Shown in pieces: positions 12,890 to 24,753 of a stretch of DNA of 64,000 bases. The notes beneath the pieces were generated by a model, which was not told the DNA's origin, made no database searches, and was given only the letters and a program-made list of their open reading frames with translations. The DNA is from Novakomyces olei (taxonomy: Eukaryota): NCBI GenBank assembly GCA_016906335.1, contig JADEYG010000007.1, positions 2,418,001 through 2,482,000 on the forward strand, read 5' to 3'. Numbering within the stretch: the stretch's first letter is position 1; every line of letters begins with the position of its first letter. The translations under genes and the position numbers were made by a program.

Positions 12890-13194
12890 CCGGAAGCTTT
12901 TCGGTTTATTTGTACATACAATTAAGGCATTCGTATATTGCTGTGGCATTGAGATCTTGCCATTATTCACAGCGGCAGAGTACATATTTTGGAGTGTCTG
13001 TTGATGGACAAGGAAAAGGCAACTCAATTAAATAGTTTAGAAAAACAATTACGAACAATTCTATACACACGATGCAAGTCATGCCGCCCCAATCAGCGCT
13101 TCTATTTTACTAAAACCCCCTCTATACCCTCCTTATCTCTTTTTCTATGTATCTTTTATTTTATTCGCCTTTTTCTCCTTAATTCTTTTTCTCC

Positions 13195-16100
13195 TTAATT
13201 CTTGTTCTCCTTTTCCGGCCGAATACGAACCTCTGTGTTTTGAATTGCATCGCTCAGCAAACTGCCAAACCCGACTTTCTTCACGGGCGTCCGTGCACGA
13301 TGACTGCCAAATTTGTTGTCCCAATCACGAAGCTGCTTGACGGAGGACATGTCATTAGAGATACTGGGCCTCACGACACTCTGGGCAAAAGTGAAATGCT
13401 CTCTTGTCAGTATACGCGGCCGGTCGGCCACGTGTACCTTTTCATCAGCATCTACAATCTCCTGCAATGCCCTCATTGCAGCAGCAATGCATACATTACG
13501 CAGATCAGATCCGGAAAAGAACTGGGTTGACTCGGCGATTGACTGCAAGTCTACTGCCGAGTCCAGCACTTCGCCCTGTAAATGAAACTGCAGAATGCGG
13601 AGCCGGGCAGATTCGTCTGGAAGATCAAACAGGATCCGTTGTGGCATTCTGCGTACAATTGCATCATCAATATCAAAGGGCCGATTAGTGGAGCCCATTA
13701 TTGTTATATTATCATTGCCATCGCCCGTATCAACGCCCTCCCACTGCAGCATAAACTCATTGATAAAATCACGTCGCCAGCTCTGGTCGTTGCCCGTACG
13801 CGCGTTCATTAACGAGTCAATTTCCTCCATATAAATTATACAAGGCTGCAGTTTCCGAGCGAGCGAAAAGACAGCAGCCACCAGCTTTTCACTCTCGCCC
13901 ACGTACTTGTCCATTACGTCACTTGGCCTAACAGAAAGCATACGCGCCCGGCTCTGCTTTGCACACGCTTTTGCCAGCATTGTCTTGCCCGTTCCAGGCG
14001 GACCAAAGAGTAGAATTCCGTTTGCCGCAGAGCGTCGAAGCACTCCGTGCCTAAAGGCCTGCGGGTGCGTTATGGGCAAGGTGATTTGCGATCTTACCAG
14101 CGCCTTCGTAGTAGACGGTAATTGCACCTCGTCAAACGTGACGCTGATAAGCTCGGGCTTTGTTACCCGAGATAACAGCTTTCTCTCATAGTTGTTGCAT
14201 GATTTTGCGACCACCTCCAGCGATTTGGGTTCTGCCGCCAAAGCCTTGGCCGTAGCCTGCTCGTCCCGTTTGCCCGGGTACACTGAGGACAAACTAAATT
14301 CTGAATTAGGGTTAGGGTTAGGGTTATTGTTAGGGTTATTGTTAGGGTTATTGTCAGAGTTAGGGTTAAGCCAGTTGAGTCGGGCTTGCAGATTGCCAGT
14401 GGCCATTGTTACGGCCGAGTGTACATCGTCCACAGTAATTCTGCCCTCGCGCCGAGTGGCGTGTGTACCGTGCAAGATGACTGCCGCCATTTGCACTACT
14501 TCACGGGGCCAGTAGGCAGCCTGCTCAGAGGCAAAAAGCCCCCTATCCATAAGCACAGGCAGCCACTCCTCCAGATTTGGCGTTGCCCTGCCCAAGTAAC
14601 GAAGCAGTTCCCGGCGCAAATTGCTCAGACTGGCCAGGGCTGTGCCCGCAACAGGATTGTAGGCGTACGCGTCCAGTCGCGATGCGTCGTCTGTGCTTGT
14701 CGGCAGAGCGACAAAGACACGGGAAAACATTTCCGTATCCATTGGCCGCCGAAAATTACTCGAAGAATTGGGAGCGGGACTGGAGCCCATGATTGTGTTG
14801 CTTGAACTGCCATCTGGCCTGGGCCGGTCAAAGGCAAACCGGTCCAGTGCGGATCCAGATACGAGCACCGGCTGCCCTTGAGCACGCCGGCTCTGTGCAA
14901 CGTCCTTTAAGCAATCGAGGACCAAAGCACCCGTGCCTGTTTCGTCATCGAGCAGTCGATCAAGATGCTGGCAGAGGATGAGAACTGGTTTCCTATTGGC
15001 TTTTGCGTCAAGCGAATCATCTGCCTCTGCCAAGTCTTGAGCGTGGTCAATTACCGCTAGAATCAGTGACGTTAGCATTTCTTGCTTGAGAGCCAGCTCG
15101 TCCGACACGGCAGAAAGACGGGAGAGCAGTGCCCGTTTTAAGGAGACGGCCGAGCTCAAGTTTCCGCCTGGCACAATGGCAATGCTCTGTGCGTTATCTA
15201 TAAAATCTGCACCTGATTTTCTGGGCCGTATAGGGTCTACTGCTATATCATCGCTATCATCAACATCATCATCATCAATCCCCTCTTGTGCTTCCTCGTC
15301 TGCTTCCTCTTCCTCCTCTCTAAAATCGTCCAGCTCGTCGTCTGTAATTGCCTTCATAAAACACAATTGTGATAAATCTTTTTCCAGAGCCTCGAGCGCT
15401 TTAGTATTACGATCCGTAGGTAGTGAAGTGCACTGTACACTTCGGGAGACTGCCATCTCTGCAAGAGCAAAAATATCAAAATTAACAACCCTTACGTCCG
15501 CGGCTTTTGCTGCAGCTGAGAGCCATAGCAGTAACGGCCGCAGCAGCGGACGGTGCGGTGTAATAACAGCCAGATGAGGCTGCTGGCTTGGTAAGTAGCT
15601 CATACTACAATCTAAAGGCGCAGTTTCCGACAAGCAATGAGACTGGCCCTCTTCTTTCACAGCCTGCTCAGACTCTTGCACAGACGAGCAGAGTCCAGCG
15701 TGCAGAAAGAGACGCAGTTGCTGCCTCTGTACGGGCCGCAAAAGGCTCATTAGAGGCTCATACGACTCGAGCAGGTCGCCCGGGTAATGTGCCATTGCCC
15801 GCGCCGGCTTATCAGTCCGGGCGCAAGTGGCCCGGGATGGCGACCCGTCTGCTACACTTCCCTCCCGAGTTGGCGGAGCCTCTGTACTACGCGACGGTCG
15901 GCAGATACGGCTGCTTATTTCCGGTGGCACTGTCACCGTGTACGTACGCGTCCGCTGTTTACGCGTTTCATTGGCCGACAGCGGACGCGTAGATGGGTCG
16001 TGGCGCCCGACCTGCACATACGTGGTCACGTGCACTCGGCCAGTCGCGTCTTTGCCAAATTTTTTGCTCGTGTATAGTGTAGCGTTTAGCGCGTCAGTAG

Positions 16101-16377
16101 CGTGCCAGGCAGAGTCGGGATCGGTACTATGGAGCGGCTTATCGGACCGAGATCCGTTCCCCGCGGGAGATCCCGGAGCCGCTGCCGGTCGGCGAACCGG
16201 TTTCGGGCCCGATCGAACTGGCTTTGGCTCCGGTTCAGAGTTTGGTTGCTCTGGTTCACGGCTCGAGGATACTTGGCGGATCTGTAAGGTCCCTGGTCGA
16301 CACAACTGCAGCAAAATACTGCCTGCAACTAGCCGGCAGCGTGTGCTGCCGGCCTTATACCGCAAGCAGAGCAGCAT
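13195..16377 (-). CDS. Large AAA+ ATPase of the Msp1/ATAD1/spastin-like clade, probably mitochondrial
   Basis: 1060 aa; Walker A GPPGTGKT, Walker B IIYMEE, SRH STNRPFDIDDAIVRR, FSGSDL; Arg/Leu-rich N-terminus. Confidence 0.9.
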   Translation of the reverse strand: MLLCLRYKAGSTRCRLVAGSILLQLCRPGTLQIRQVSSSREPEQPNSEPEPKPVRSGPKPVRRPAAAPGSPAGNGSRSDKPLHSTDPDSAWHATDALNATLYTSKKFGKDATGRVHVTTYVQVGRHDPSTRPLSANETRKQRTRTYTVTVPPEISSRICRPSRSTEAPPTREGSVADGSPSRATCARTDKPARAMAHYPGDLLESYEPLMSLLRPVQRQQLRLFLHAGLCSSVQESEQAVKEEGQSHCLSETAPLDCSMSYLPSQQPHLAVITPHRPLLRPLLLWLSAAAKAADVRVVNFDIFALAEMAVSRSVQCTSLPTDRNTKALEALEKDLSQLCFMKAITDDELDDFREEEEEADEEAQEGIDDDDVDDSDDIAVDPIRPRKSGADFIDNAQSIAIVPGGNLSSAVSLKRALLSRLSAVSDELALKQEMLTSLILAVIDHAQDLAEADDSLDAKANRKPVLILCQHLDRLLDDETGTGALVLDCLKDVAQSRRAQGQPVLVSGSALDRFAFDRPRPDGSSSNTIMGSSPAPNSSSNFRRPMDTEMFSRVFVALPTSTDDASRLDAYAYNPVAGTALASLSNLRRELLRYLGRATPNLEEWLPVLMDRGLFASEQAAYWPREVVQMAAVILHGTHATRREGRITVDDVHSAVTMATGNLQARLNWLNPNSDNNPNNNPNNNPNPNPNSEFSLSSVYPGKRDEQATAKALAAEPKSLEVVAKSCNNYERKLLSRVTKPELISVTFDEVQLPSTTKALVRSQITLPITHPQAFRHGVLRRSAANGILLFGPPGTGKTMLAKACAKQSRARMLSVRPSDVMDKYVGESEKLVAAVFSLARKLQPCIIYMEEIDSLMNARTGNDQSWRRDFINEFMLQWEGVDTGDGNDNITIMGSTNRPFDIDDAIVRRMPQRILFDLPDESARLRILQFHLQGEVLDSAVDLQSIAESTQFFSGSDLRNVCIAAAMRALQEIVDADEKVHVADRPRILTREHFTFAQSVVRPSISNDMSSVKQLRDWDNKFGSHRARTPVKKVGFGSLLSDAIQNTEVRIRPEKENKN

Positions 16378-16759
16378 ATACTATGCTTGGCTCAATCGCG
16401 CCAGAGGCAAACGTAGAAGATTTCGTCTCTGCTGAAATTAGTACAAGTCGATAAACTCTGGGTTTGCATACTGTAACCCTAACAACCAACCTTGCCTTTC
16501 CGTTTTTACCGTTTTTACCGTTTTTTGCTCGAGTTTATTGGCGGCAAATGCTGCTAGACGGTCGCCCGGCGATGCTCAAACCCTGCTTTGCCAATCACAG
16601 TCATACACTGCGGCCATTCCTTTGGATTTCGAGGTATTATAACATGCGATCTACCATTATAATCATTAATATTATTATCAGGTTTGATTAATATTAGGTA
16701 TTGCTGAAGAAAATAATAACGTGGATTGTTTATGTTAGTTATTCGATATATTATGAGAA

Positions 16760-17007
16760 TATTAAATTATTAAATTATTAAATTATTAAATTATTAAATT
16801 ATTAAATTATTAAATTATTAAATTATTAAATTATTAAATTATTAAATTATTAAATTATTAAATTATTAAATTATTAAATTATTAAATTATTAAATTATTA
16901 AATTATTAAATTATTAAATTATTAAATTATTAAATTATTAAATTATTAAATTATTAAATTATTAAATTATTAAATTATTAAATTATTAAACTATTAAATT
17001 ATTAAAT
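16760..17007. repeat. (AAATTATT)n tandem repeat, about 30 units
   Basis: Read directly. Confidence 0.97.
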
Positions 17008-17563
17008 CATATTAAAAAGCCTTCCCGACCATGCTCGTCTAGGGTTCAAACGTCTTGCTGTGCTGAAATTACGGTTTTTTTTCACACAATGCTACAAGTG
17101 ACTCGATTACTGGCGGACTAAAGACCGGAACTAACGCAGCGCGCGCGCGCGTAAAAGAAGCAGATTACGGACATAATCAAAGAGCAATATATTAAATTAG
17201 AACAATGAAATAGCTGCTAATGCGGCATAAAAGTAGGCAAAATATCCGAGCAGCCAATCAAATCGACAAACCGTTATACCAAGCAAACCGTTTGCAAACG
17301 CATAACCGCCAAAAAGAAAGATTTAAATAGAGGCAATGAAAGGCAGGTCCTATTCGACAAAAAAGGCCGAACAAGCCTGCTTCCAACGGAGTATAATCAA
17401 GAGAAATTACTTAGCCGAGATAGAGAATTTGGAAACGAGCATCACGTCAATAGCGGAACTGTGAGAAGGCTGGATCGTAGAAAATGTACAGGGTAATCTG
17501 GCGTAAACACAGAGACTATATGGGATGCGATTAAAGCAAAAAAATCTAGCCTTGAAGCAGATT

Positions 17564-18874
17564 TTACTTTGACTTCTTAGCCATTGACGACTTTTTTGCT
17601 TTAAGAGCAGGCGCGGCCTTTTGCTTTGTAACACGGCCCGTCTTTGTTTTCTTCAAGGCTTTGTCCGCAGGAGCCGACTTGCTTGCCGAGGATGCCTTTT
17701 TGCTTCCTGCAGCGGCTTTGGCCTTTTTAGAAACTGCAGCAGCACCTGCAGCGGCCTTTGAGGGTTTTGCTTTCACGGCTGCTTTCGCTGCAGAAGCCTT
17801 GGAGGCAACGACCGCAGGCTTCTTCGGCTTTGCCACAGCTGAAGACTTCTTCACTCCGCCGCTGGCCGACTTTGGTTTTGCGCTGGATGCTGGCTTTTTT
17901 GCAACGGCAGACTTTTTCTTGACCAAAGCAGAACGTTCAGAAGGAGAGAGCTTGACTGGGCCAGAGGGGCCTTTACATTTGTCAGCCTTCAATTCTTTTA
18001 TCAAATTTCTTCAACAAGGCATACCTTTAGGCATCAGCAGTTGGCCTTTTTCAACGAGGCGTCGCAGTTGATGGTTAAACTGCTCTTGTCAGTTTGAGAG
18101 TCACGACTGAATATTCGAAGCTTACCTGAGCATCCAGCGACGCGGGCGCAACATCAAAATTGCCGGCAATATACTTTTTAATTGCTTGGCGACTAAAGAA
18201 TTAGAATCGAGTCTCGTACTAGTACGCTAATAAGAAAATAAAAGAAAAGCAATCAGTGTAGCGTGAAACTCGCTAACGATCGTTGTGACAAAACTGAGCG
18301 GCTAACCCAACAGCCGTCTTAAAAGCAGCGCTTCGAGTTTAGATTTTACAGCGCCAGGATTGTACCAGTAAAAACGATTAAATATAAAGCAAACGGTATA
18401 TAAACGATAAATAAACGGTAAATAAACGGCTCAATTAAAAGGCCACATGAAACGGAAGGAGAAACGAGCAGCGGCAAGAGGCTTTAAAGCCAAAATCGAC
18501 TGCTGATTCCACGTTTAGTTTTGGCTCGACTAGTGCCTTTGCGAGCAAAGCGCACAGAGGACAGGAACGAAAAGCGGATGTCGTAAATATGACGCAAAAA
18601 CGAACAGCACAAGGGCCAAAGAGCACACAAAAAACCCCGTAAAATCGGACTCGAGCGTAAATAAAAAAGAGCGGTATTTGCCTCAGTACCTTGAGCCGTT
18701 ACGGTCTTGCAGCTATTACGGTGAGGGTTAGCAGACGAACGCGAAAAGCAAATGTTTATATCGGCTTACAGAAGAAAGCGCGGCCGCGATCATGTCGTGG
18801 TAAGAGCGGGCACCGCTGGGTTTGCTGCTGCTACGAGCAGCGGCAGAGCTGGACTTTGCTTTTGTAGGAGCCAT
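17564..18874 (-). CDS. HHO1: Linker histone H1
   Basis: Exons 18874-18770, 18712-18690, 18192-18126, 18079-18025, 17970-17564: SYHDMIAAAL..LQDRNGSSRQAIKKYI...PKGPSGPVKL globular domain plus a Lys/Ala-rich tail. Confidence 0.93.
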
Positions 18875-19104
18875 ACTAATATCGAAGCAGCACAAGCACA
18901 CACGGAAGAATGAAATCTGATCAAAAAGACGCGTGCGCGATTGTTGTTTGTTTGTGTTTGCTTTGTTGTTTATACACAACAATCAATATGAAATTCGATC
19001 ATAACATTATGTAATGCTACAAGCAAAGCGCGCAATTATAAACAGAGTAGATGAACGAATAATAGATATATGAATAAAAAAAAATGTATATATATATATA
19101 TAGA

Positions 19105-19143
<39 letters not shown>

Positions 19144-19415
19144 AATAGAGCTCTTTACGTTGCCAATCGCGTTTTATTTTTGCGCACGACATTACTTTAA
19201 ACACACTTTGAAAGGATGTACACAACAACAGCACGGTAATCCGACCCTAACCCTATGATTATACAGCTTTATCACGAGTGATGCATAGTGAACATTTCTC
19301 AATCTCAATCTAAATTCTCAATAAATAATAAATTAAATAATAAATTAAACAATAATAAATAAATAATAAATAAATAACAAATAAAATACAGACAGCCAAT
19401 CGGCCTCTCTTTGCA

Positions 19416-21284
19416 ATGGCGGATCGCACTCAGTCTCCACCGCCGCCGCATCTTCGGTCACCTCCGCCATTGGCGCATCGGCCAACATTATCAGCATCTT
19501 CGAATCTATTCGGGGGCGGCGGCCGACGGGATTTGCCTTCGATTCCCGCTCTTTCTTCATCGTTTTCATACGGCAACAGCAATATGGGCTCAATGATCTA
19601 CCCAATGGCGGCGCCTTCGCCAAACGTGTCCCGCCGTGAATCTTCGCCCGTTCTCTCTGCCTCAAAGCCCTTTGATCGGTTCGACGGGAGCTTCCACGAT
19701 AGAATGGGACCGGCTCCTTCAGCGACGGCCCATTCTACAGCGACGGCTCATTCTGCGGCCTCAGCCTCAGCTGCCTCAGTCTACGATCAGAAACGAAGCG
19801 TCTCCGTCCCTCCGACTGCTTATGTTTCGTCAGCAATAGCGCCGCTGCAGAACGTTTCCAGCCATTCGCCTTTTAGTGCTCCACTGTCTTCCAGTGTGGT
19901 GGGATCAATCGGCAGTGCCTATGCGCCTCGGTCCTCAACGCCCTTGCCGCTGTCGTCGGCCAGTAATATCGCTTCTTCGCCGACTACTGCCCAGCCGCAT
20001 CGGCCGAGCGATATCACGGCGCGCCGAGATGAATCCAGGACCCCTCCTTTGCCCAGTCATATAAACCCTAACCCTAACCCTCTTCCAGCACGAGCAGCTA
20101 CGGCGGACGCGTACACGGCGCCACGGTCTGCTAATGTGGAGCCGCTGACACAATCAACGGGGCCCGTCCCTTTTCCTGCGCAAAAGCAGTTTGATTATTA
20201 TGCTCCTGCCCCATCACGACGGCCAGTGGCAGCTCAATCTGCGGCACCGTACAATCAAACGTTTGTTTACGATACACCGGGCGTATACAATCAAGCTCCG
20301 CCTTCTGTTGCCCCGGCAACTGCACCTCCCGACACAACAGTGTTTCCTGCGCAAGAGCTGAGATCGTCGACGAGGTTAAAGACGGAGCCGGCGCACGTAG
20401 TGAGTGGTAAAGACGGAGAGCAGTCAAACCAGATTGGTATTGACGGGCAGAATGGTATTGTCAATAACAATTCTGCAGAGCGATTCAATGAAAAGCACGG
20501 CGAGAAGGTTAATGAAAAGGCAGCGGGGTTTGCCTCTGGTCAGGACAAATCTACAGACAAATCGTTTACCGCCAGTGACGCGAGCGCACCGCCACTCATT
20601 AAACGAAGGCAATTACAAGTAGACAGCACTAAAGTATTCGAGGCAGTTCAGTCGGCGAGTACGGAATTTTTGGGCGAATTGATTTATACACCAGAAATGC
20701 GTACGCCTCATCATGAGGGCCATGAAAATGCAACATACCGTATCCGTATAAACGAGGAATGGCTAAGACCATCGGTAGCTTTAGGCCAGGTAACACCTAT
20801 CGAGCGCAGAGCTCTTTGGGGCACTGACATATACACTGACGACTCTGATCCTCTGGCTATACTGTTTCATTTGGGGCTGCTTGTTCCCGCTTCTGGAGCT
20901 GAATCAGAGGGCGATTCTACTAATACGCAAAGACGGCAGCCTCAGAGGCAGGCTGCTGAACGGAGATCAGTAGCTCGGGCTCAAAAATTAATGCACGGCA
21001 GTGTGACTGCGCATGAACAGTTTTTACGGCATTATGACTACGAAAAGGGTGATGCGATTCTGACATTTAGAGTGCTGCCTCGTCTATTAAAGTACACTGG
21101 TAGTTTTAGACACGGGATCCAGTCGCGTTCTTTTGATGGAGTGCACGACGGGCTTAGTGTCCATTTGGAAAAGGCCGAATTTGAGCCAAATAGCGCTATC
21201 AAGCGCCAACGTCGCGAGCATGGACACGCTAGTATGAAACGACGAGTAAAGCAGTGGGTTGCCACTGCTCGTACTAGAGATTGA
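19416..21284 (+). CDS. RXT3: Rpd3L/Clr6 histone deacetylase complex subunit Rxt3
   Basis: C-terminal LWGTDIYTDDSDPLAILFH and GIQSRSFDGVHDGLS motifs; long S/P/A-rich disordered N-terminus. Confidence 0.85.
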   Translation: MADRTQSPPPPHLRSPPPLAHRPTLSASSNLFGGGGRRDLPSIPALSSSFSYGNSNMGSMIYPMAAPSPNVSRRESSPVLSASKPFDRFDGSFHDRMGPAPSATAHSTATAHSAASASAASVYDQKRSVSVPPTAYVSSAIAPLQNVSSHSPFSAPLSSSVVGSIGSAYAPRSSTPLPLSSASNIASSPTTAQPHRPSDITARRDESRTPPLPSHINPNPNPLPARAATADAYTAPRSANVEPLTQSTGPVPFPAQKQFDYYAPAPSRRPVAAQSAAPYNQTFVYDTPGVYNQAPPSVAPATAPPDTTVFPAQELRSSTRLKTEPAHVVSGKDGEQSNQIGIDGQNGIVNNNSAERFNEKHGEKVNEKAAGFASGQDKSTDKSFTASDASAPPLIKRRQLQVDSTKVFEAVQSASTEFLGELIYTPEMRTPHHEGHENATYRIRINEEWLRPSVALGQVTPIERRALWGTDIYTDDSDPLAILFHLGLLVPASGAESEGDSTNTQRRQPQRQAAERRSVARAQKLMHGSVTAHEQFLRHYDYEKGDAILTFRVLPRLLKYTGSFRHGIQSRSFDGVHDGLSVHLEKAEFEPNSAIKRQRREHGHASMKRRVKQWVATARTRD

Positions 21285-21685
21285 AATACCCTAAAAGTTA
21301 AAAATGGCTTTTTTATAGTTTGGTTTCAGATAACAGTAAAAGCGTATATACAATTAATGATAATCGTTCTAATGTTTGGTCTTCACTGACGTCGAGAATC
21401 GTGTCTTGATCTTTGTGTTAATACTTTTATTGTCAGCTTCATTTTCCAGTAGTATTATGTGGTATGATTTCGTAAACGAAAACGGAACCTTCTAGTTCTT
21501 TGATTTGTTGTCCACATGCTATTCTGGATGACCTACCTTTTGAAAATCCAACGCCGTAAACACATTTTATTATTATGTTATTATAATTACTATTTGATGG
21601 CATCAAGAACTTTTAATTCCTACAAACAAACAACAACGTCATGCTATCATCAAGGTATTACTTTTATGAATCATGTGTACAACTC

Positions 21686-22942
21686 TCAGCGAGGGCTGTT
21701 GGCAGTATATCCCCCTGCACCTGAAGCCTTCCATAAATTTTTGCTACGCTTGCCGCCACGGATTCGCTGCAATACTTCAATGCCACAGCTACCGGATCCG
21801 AATGCAAGCACGACTAACTCCTCTGTATCGTGAACGGTCCCCTTTAGGTGGCGTCGGCCTTCTTGGCGTAGAGCTAAAATATCACGGGCTAGGTAATAGC
21901 GTTGCTGGCTGCCATTAGCCTGGGCCACAGGCAGACTGTGTGATTCGAGAACACTTTTCAAAATGTCAAAGGGCAAGGATTGTGAGAGAGAATGATACGT
22001 AGTGTTCCAATGCTCTGGCAGAGTCTGTGTAAGAACACTCAAGGCAGCCTGCAAAAAATCTGAGGTGTAAGGCGGGTAAGGCCCCTGGTCGGGTAAAGGT
22101 ACACCCGAGGGCAACGCCAGGGATGCCTGCAATGAGAAGGCGAGGAACTCTGGAAGCGTTGAGGGCGATAGACTCTGAATTGCTTGGTGAGCAGCTGCAG
22201 TAGCGACACTGTGAGCTCCGAGAATCGCCGAGGCAGCCAGTATTTGCAGTGTTTGCTGAGGAGGAATAGAGGTGCTTAGGTGAGGAGCATAAAGGCTGGC
22301 CAGCACAAACTCAAAGCCCTCGGGCTGGTTTGTCTCCGGTCCAGGTACAGACAATGATATCTCAAAGGGGGGACCCTTGCCTTGACGGCTCAAATTATCG
22401 AGATGATGATTCAGGGTGATAGAGCGAGCCAGTATAAGAGCATGCAGTCTAAACGTAAAACCATTAATACGTAGTAGCGTGTCCGCATAAAGAGACTGCC
22501 GAAACCCGCTCTGGTAAAGGTAACGCCCTAAATCGTCGTCCTAAACTGTAAGAAAGGTACTTGCAGATCAACAGAGGGAAAAAGTCAGAGAGAAAAGTAA
22601 GATATAAAAATCAGAGGTAAAAATCAGAGGTAACCCCTCAAATTGACAGCTAAAAGCAAGATCGGCAGAGAAAAGATTTGATAAAACAGCAATAGTCGCC
22701 TTTAATTGGCCCCAAAGAGTGGCGAAGGGAAATGAATGGCAAAGCAAGAGCAAAAAATAAGAAATCTGGCAAAGGCATTAAAAAAACTAAAAGGCAAAAC
22801 ATACATAGCCGGTCTGAATAATTGCGCTGTCTACAGCACTCGGAGGCAGACTAGAAGTCGGTGTAGGAGGCAGGATCGGAGGAGTCGCGCCATACCTTTC
22901 TCCGCCATTCGTATCGCCGTTACCGTTCACTGCATTACCCAT
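21686..22942 (-). CDS. BTB/POZ-domain protein
   Basis: Exons 22942-22805 and 22540-21686; YLYQSGFRQSLYADTLLRINGFTFRLHALILARS and FEFVLASLY are BTB-like. Start codon uncertain. Confidence 0.75.
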
Positions 22943-23510
22943 TTTGCTGGTAGTATTGCCGTTTTGCAATGGTTAAAAGGATCAACCAGACACGCAAGCT
23001 GCCTTCTTTGTTGTACCTGGCCGAGTCCTCGTGGACAAGAAAGCGGTAATCGAAAAATTTTGTAAATTCTGGTGGATGCCGTGCACAATACAGGTATACT
23101 GCCTTTTTCCAAATAGACTTTTTGGCAGTTTTGGGGCGCACAAATTTGCCTGTACAATCGCGTTTCGGGGTCTATTAAGCGTACAGGAATAGGGCAATTA
23201 TTGAGCACTCTATATATATATATACTTTATATATACACAAAACAGTAAATTTGTGCAGAGTAAATGTGCGTGCGTATATTATTATTGTAAGGAAAATCAA
23301 TATACGGATTACTGGAATATTTGTTTGGGGTACTGGAATCTTTGGCGAGTTGCTTTCCTCAATAATTCTTTTGTTGTTCTTATTGCAAACGGGCAGTCTA
23401 GCGCAAAACTCGAGAGTCTACCGTGCGGGAATAGCTACAAGCGCAAACGGCTCCCGGGTCAAACGGGTCTGTATGTATTTCATTTTAAAAGTACAAACGC
23501 CCATCCAAAC

Positions 23511-24360
23511 TTATTCTACGCCGAAAATCCGTGCAATAACACAGGCGGTAATAAACAACCCAATGCCCCACAGCCGCAGAGTACGATTCCGCGGCGTCCA
23601 GTTGTCCTGTGCTAGCGCCTGTGACGATTTAGACATATTGGGCCCGCTATTGGCCGATGTAGACTTTGGCATTCTGGCCGCTTCTGCCGCCTTGGCTTCG
23701 AGAAACAGCTTGTTTTCTTGTGTCAGGCTAGGGAACTGTTCGACAAACCGAGGGTTTTGCTTTGTATTCCATTCTCGGCTGGCAGCAGCCAGGCGTCGCC
23801 GCTCCCACACGGGGACATTCATGCTGCCTGTTGACAGCTCTTCCGAGGTCATGAAACTGAGCAAGCCGGTCAGGATAGTCGACACCATCCACGACGGGTT
23901 CCATGACTGAGGATGGAAATCGGAAAACGAGAGGCATAGGCGCGTATTTGGCTGGAACCGGCCTACACATTAGCATTGACCCAACCAAAACAAAGCAGGC
24001 GTACCGCTCGGCGTGATCATGCGAATTGCCGGTGGCTTAAACGGATACTCTGGCGGGAAAACAAGAGTGCCTAGACGTAAGCATATGACGGACATGCTAA
24101 ATGTATATGACAATAAAGCGCAAGAAAATGACTATAGCTTTAAACATCAGTACCATGATACTGGCCGCCCTCGTACGGTGTGGAGGGGGGGCCTATGATC
24201 ACATAGTGCCATTCCAAGATATTATCCTCGCTCGGATGCGCCACACAGTACTCGACGGGGTCCTTTTGTATATTGAGGTACTCTTTCGTGAGCTAAACAA
24301 GTCAGACGCTGGAGCACACACATAAACGCTTACCCTGCGGTATGCCGCTTTAGACGCCAT
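23511..24360 (-). CDS. UBC6: ER tail-anchored ubiquitin-conjugating enzyme Ubc6
   Basis: Exons 24360-24334, 24292-24154, 24070-24005, 23962-23511; [33 protein letters not shown]-terminal TM helix. Confidence 0.95.
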
Positions 24361-24753
24361 ATCGCTAAACCGTCTATTCTAATGGTTTGTACATGTACGT
24401 TTGTAAACTGGCGCAAGACACGATGCATTTATTCGTATATTGTATAATATAATATAATATAATTAGAGTTAGACCAGTCATTAAGCAGCAATAAGCCGGA
24501 ATCAGTTAGGGTTAGGGTTATTTTATGCAAACTCTTAACTGTTATAAATACTGATGGAACTAATCTTTAATATATCTTTCTTCAGCAAGAAGCATCCATT
24601 TTACACAACAAATATAATAAATATATAATATAAATATAAAAGCATATATTACAATATTTACATGTACTGCCGGTGAGAATACCACGCGGCAGATTTCGCG
24701 TCCCCTACTCTGGGCCCTTTCGACGCAAACGCCATTGAAGGCCACAGCTCAAA

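Noticed and set aside
17030-17082. B-box-like GGTTCAAAC followed by a T run
   Set aside because: No tRNA cloverleaf or A box found.
18193-18689. Long H1 intron as a snoRNA host
   Set aside because: No convincing C/D or H/ACA boxes seen.
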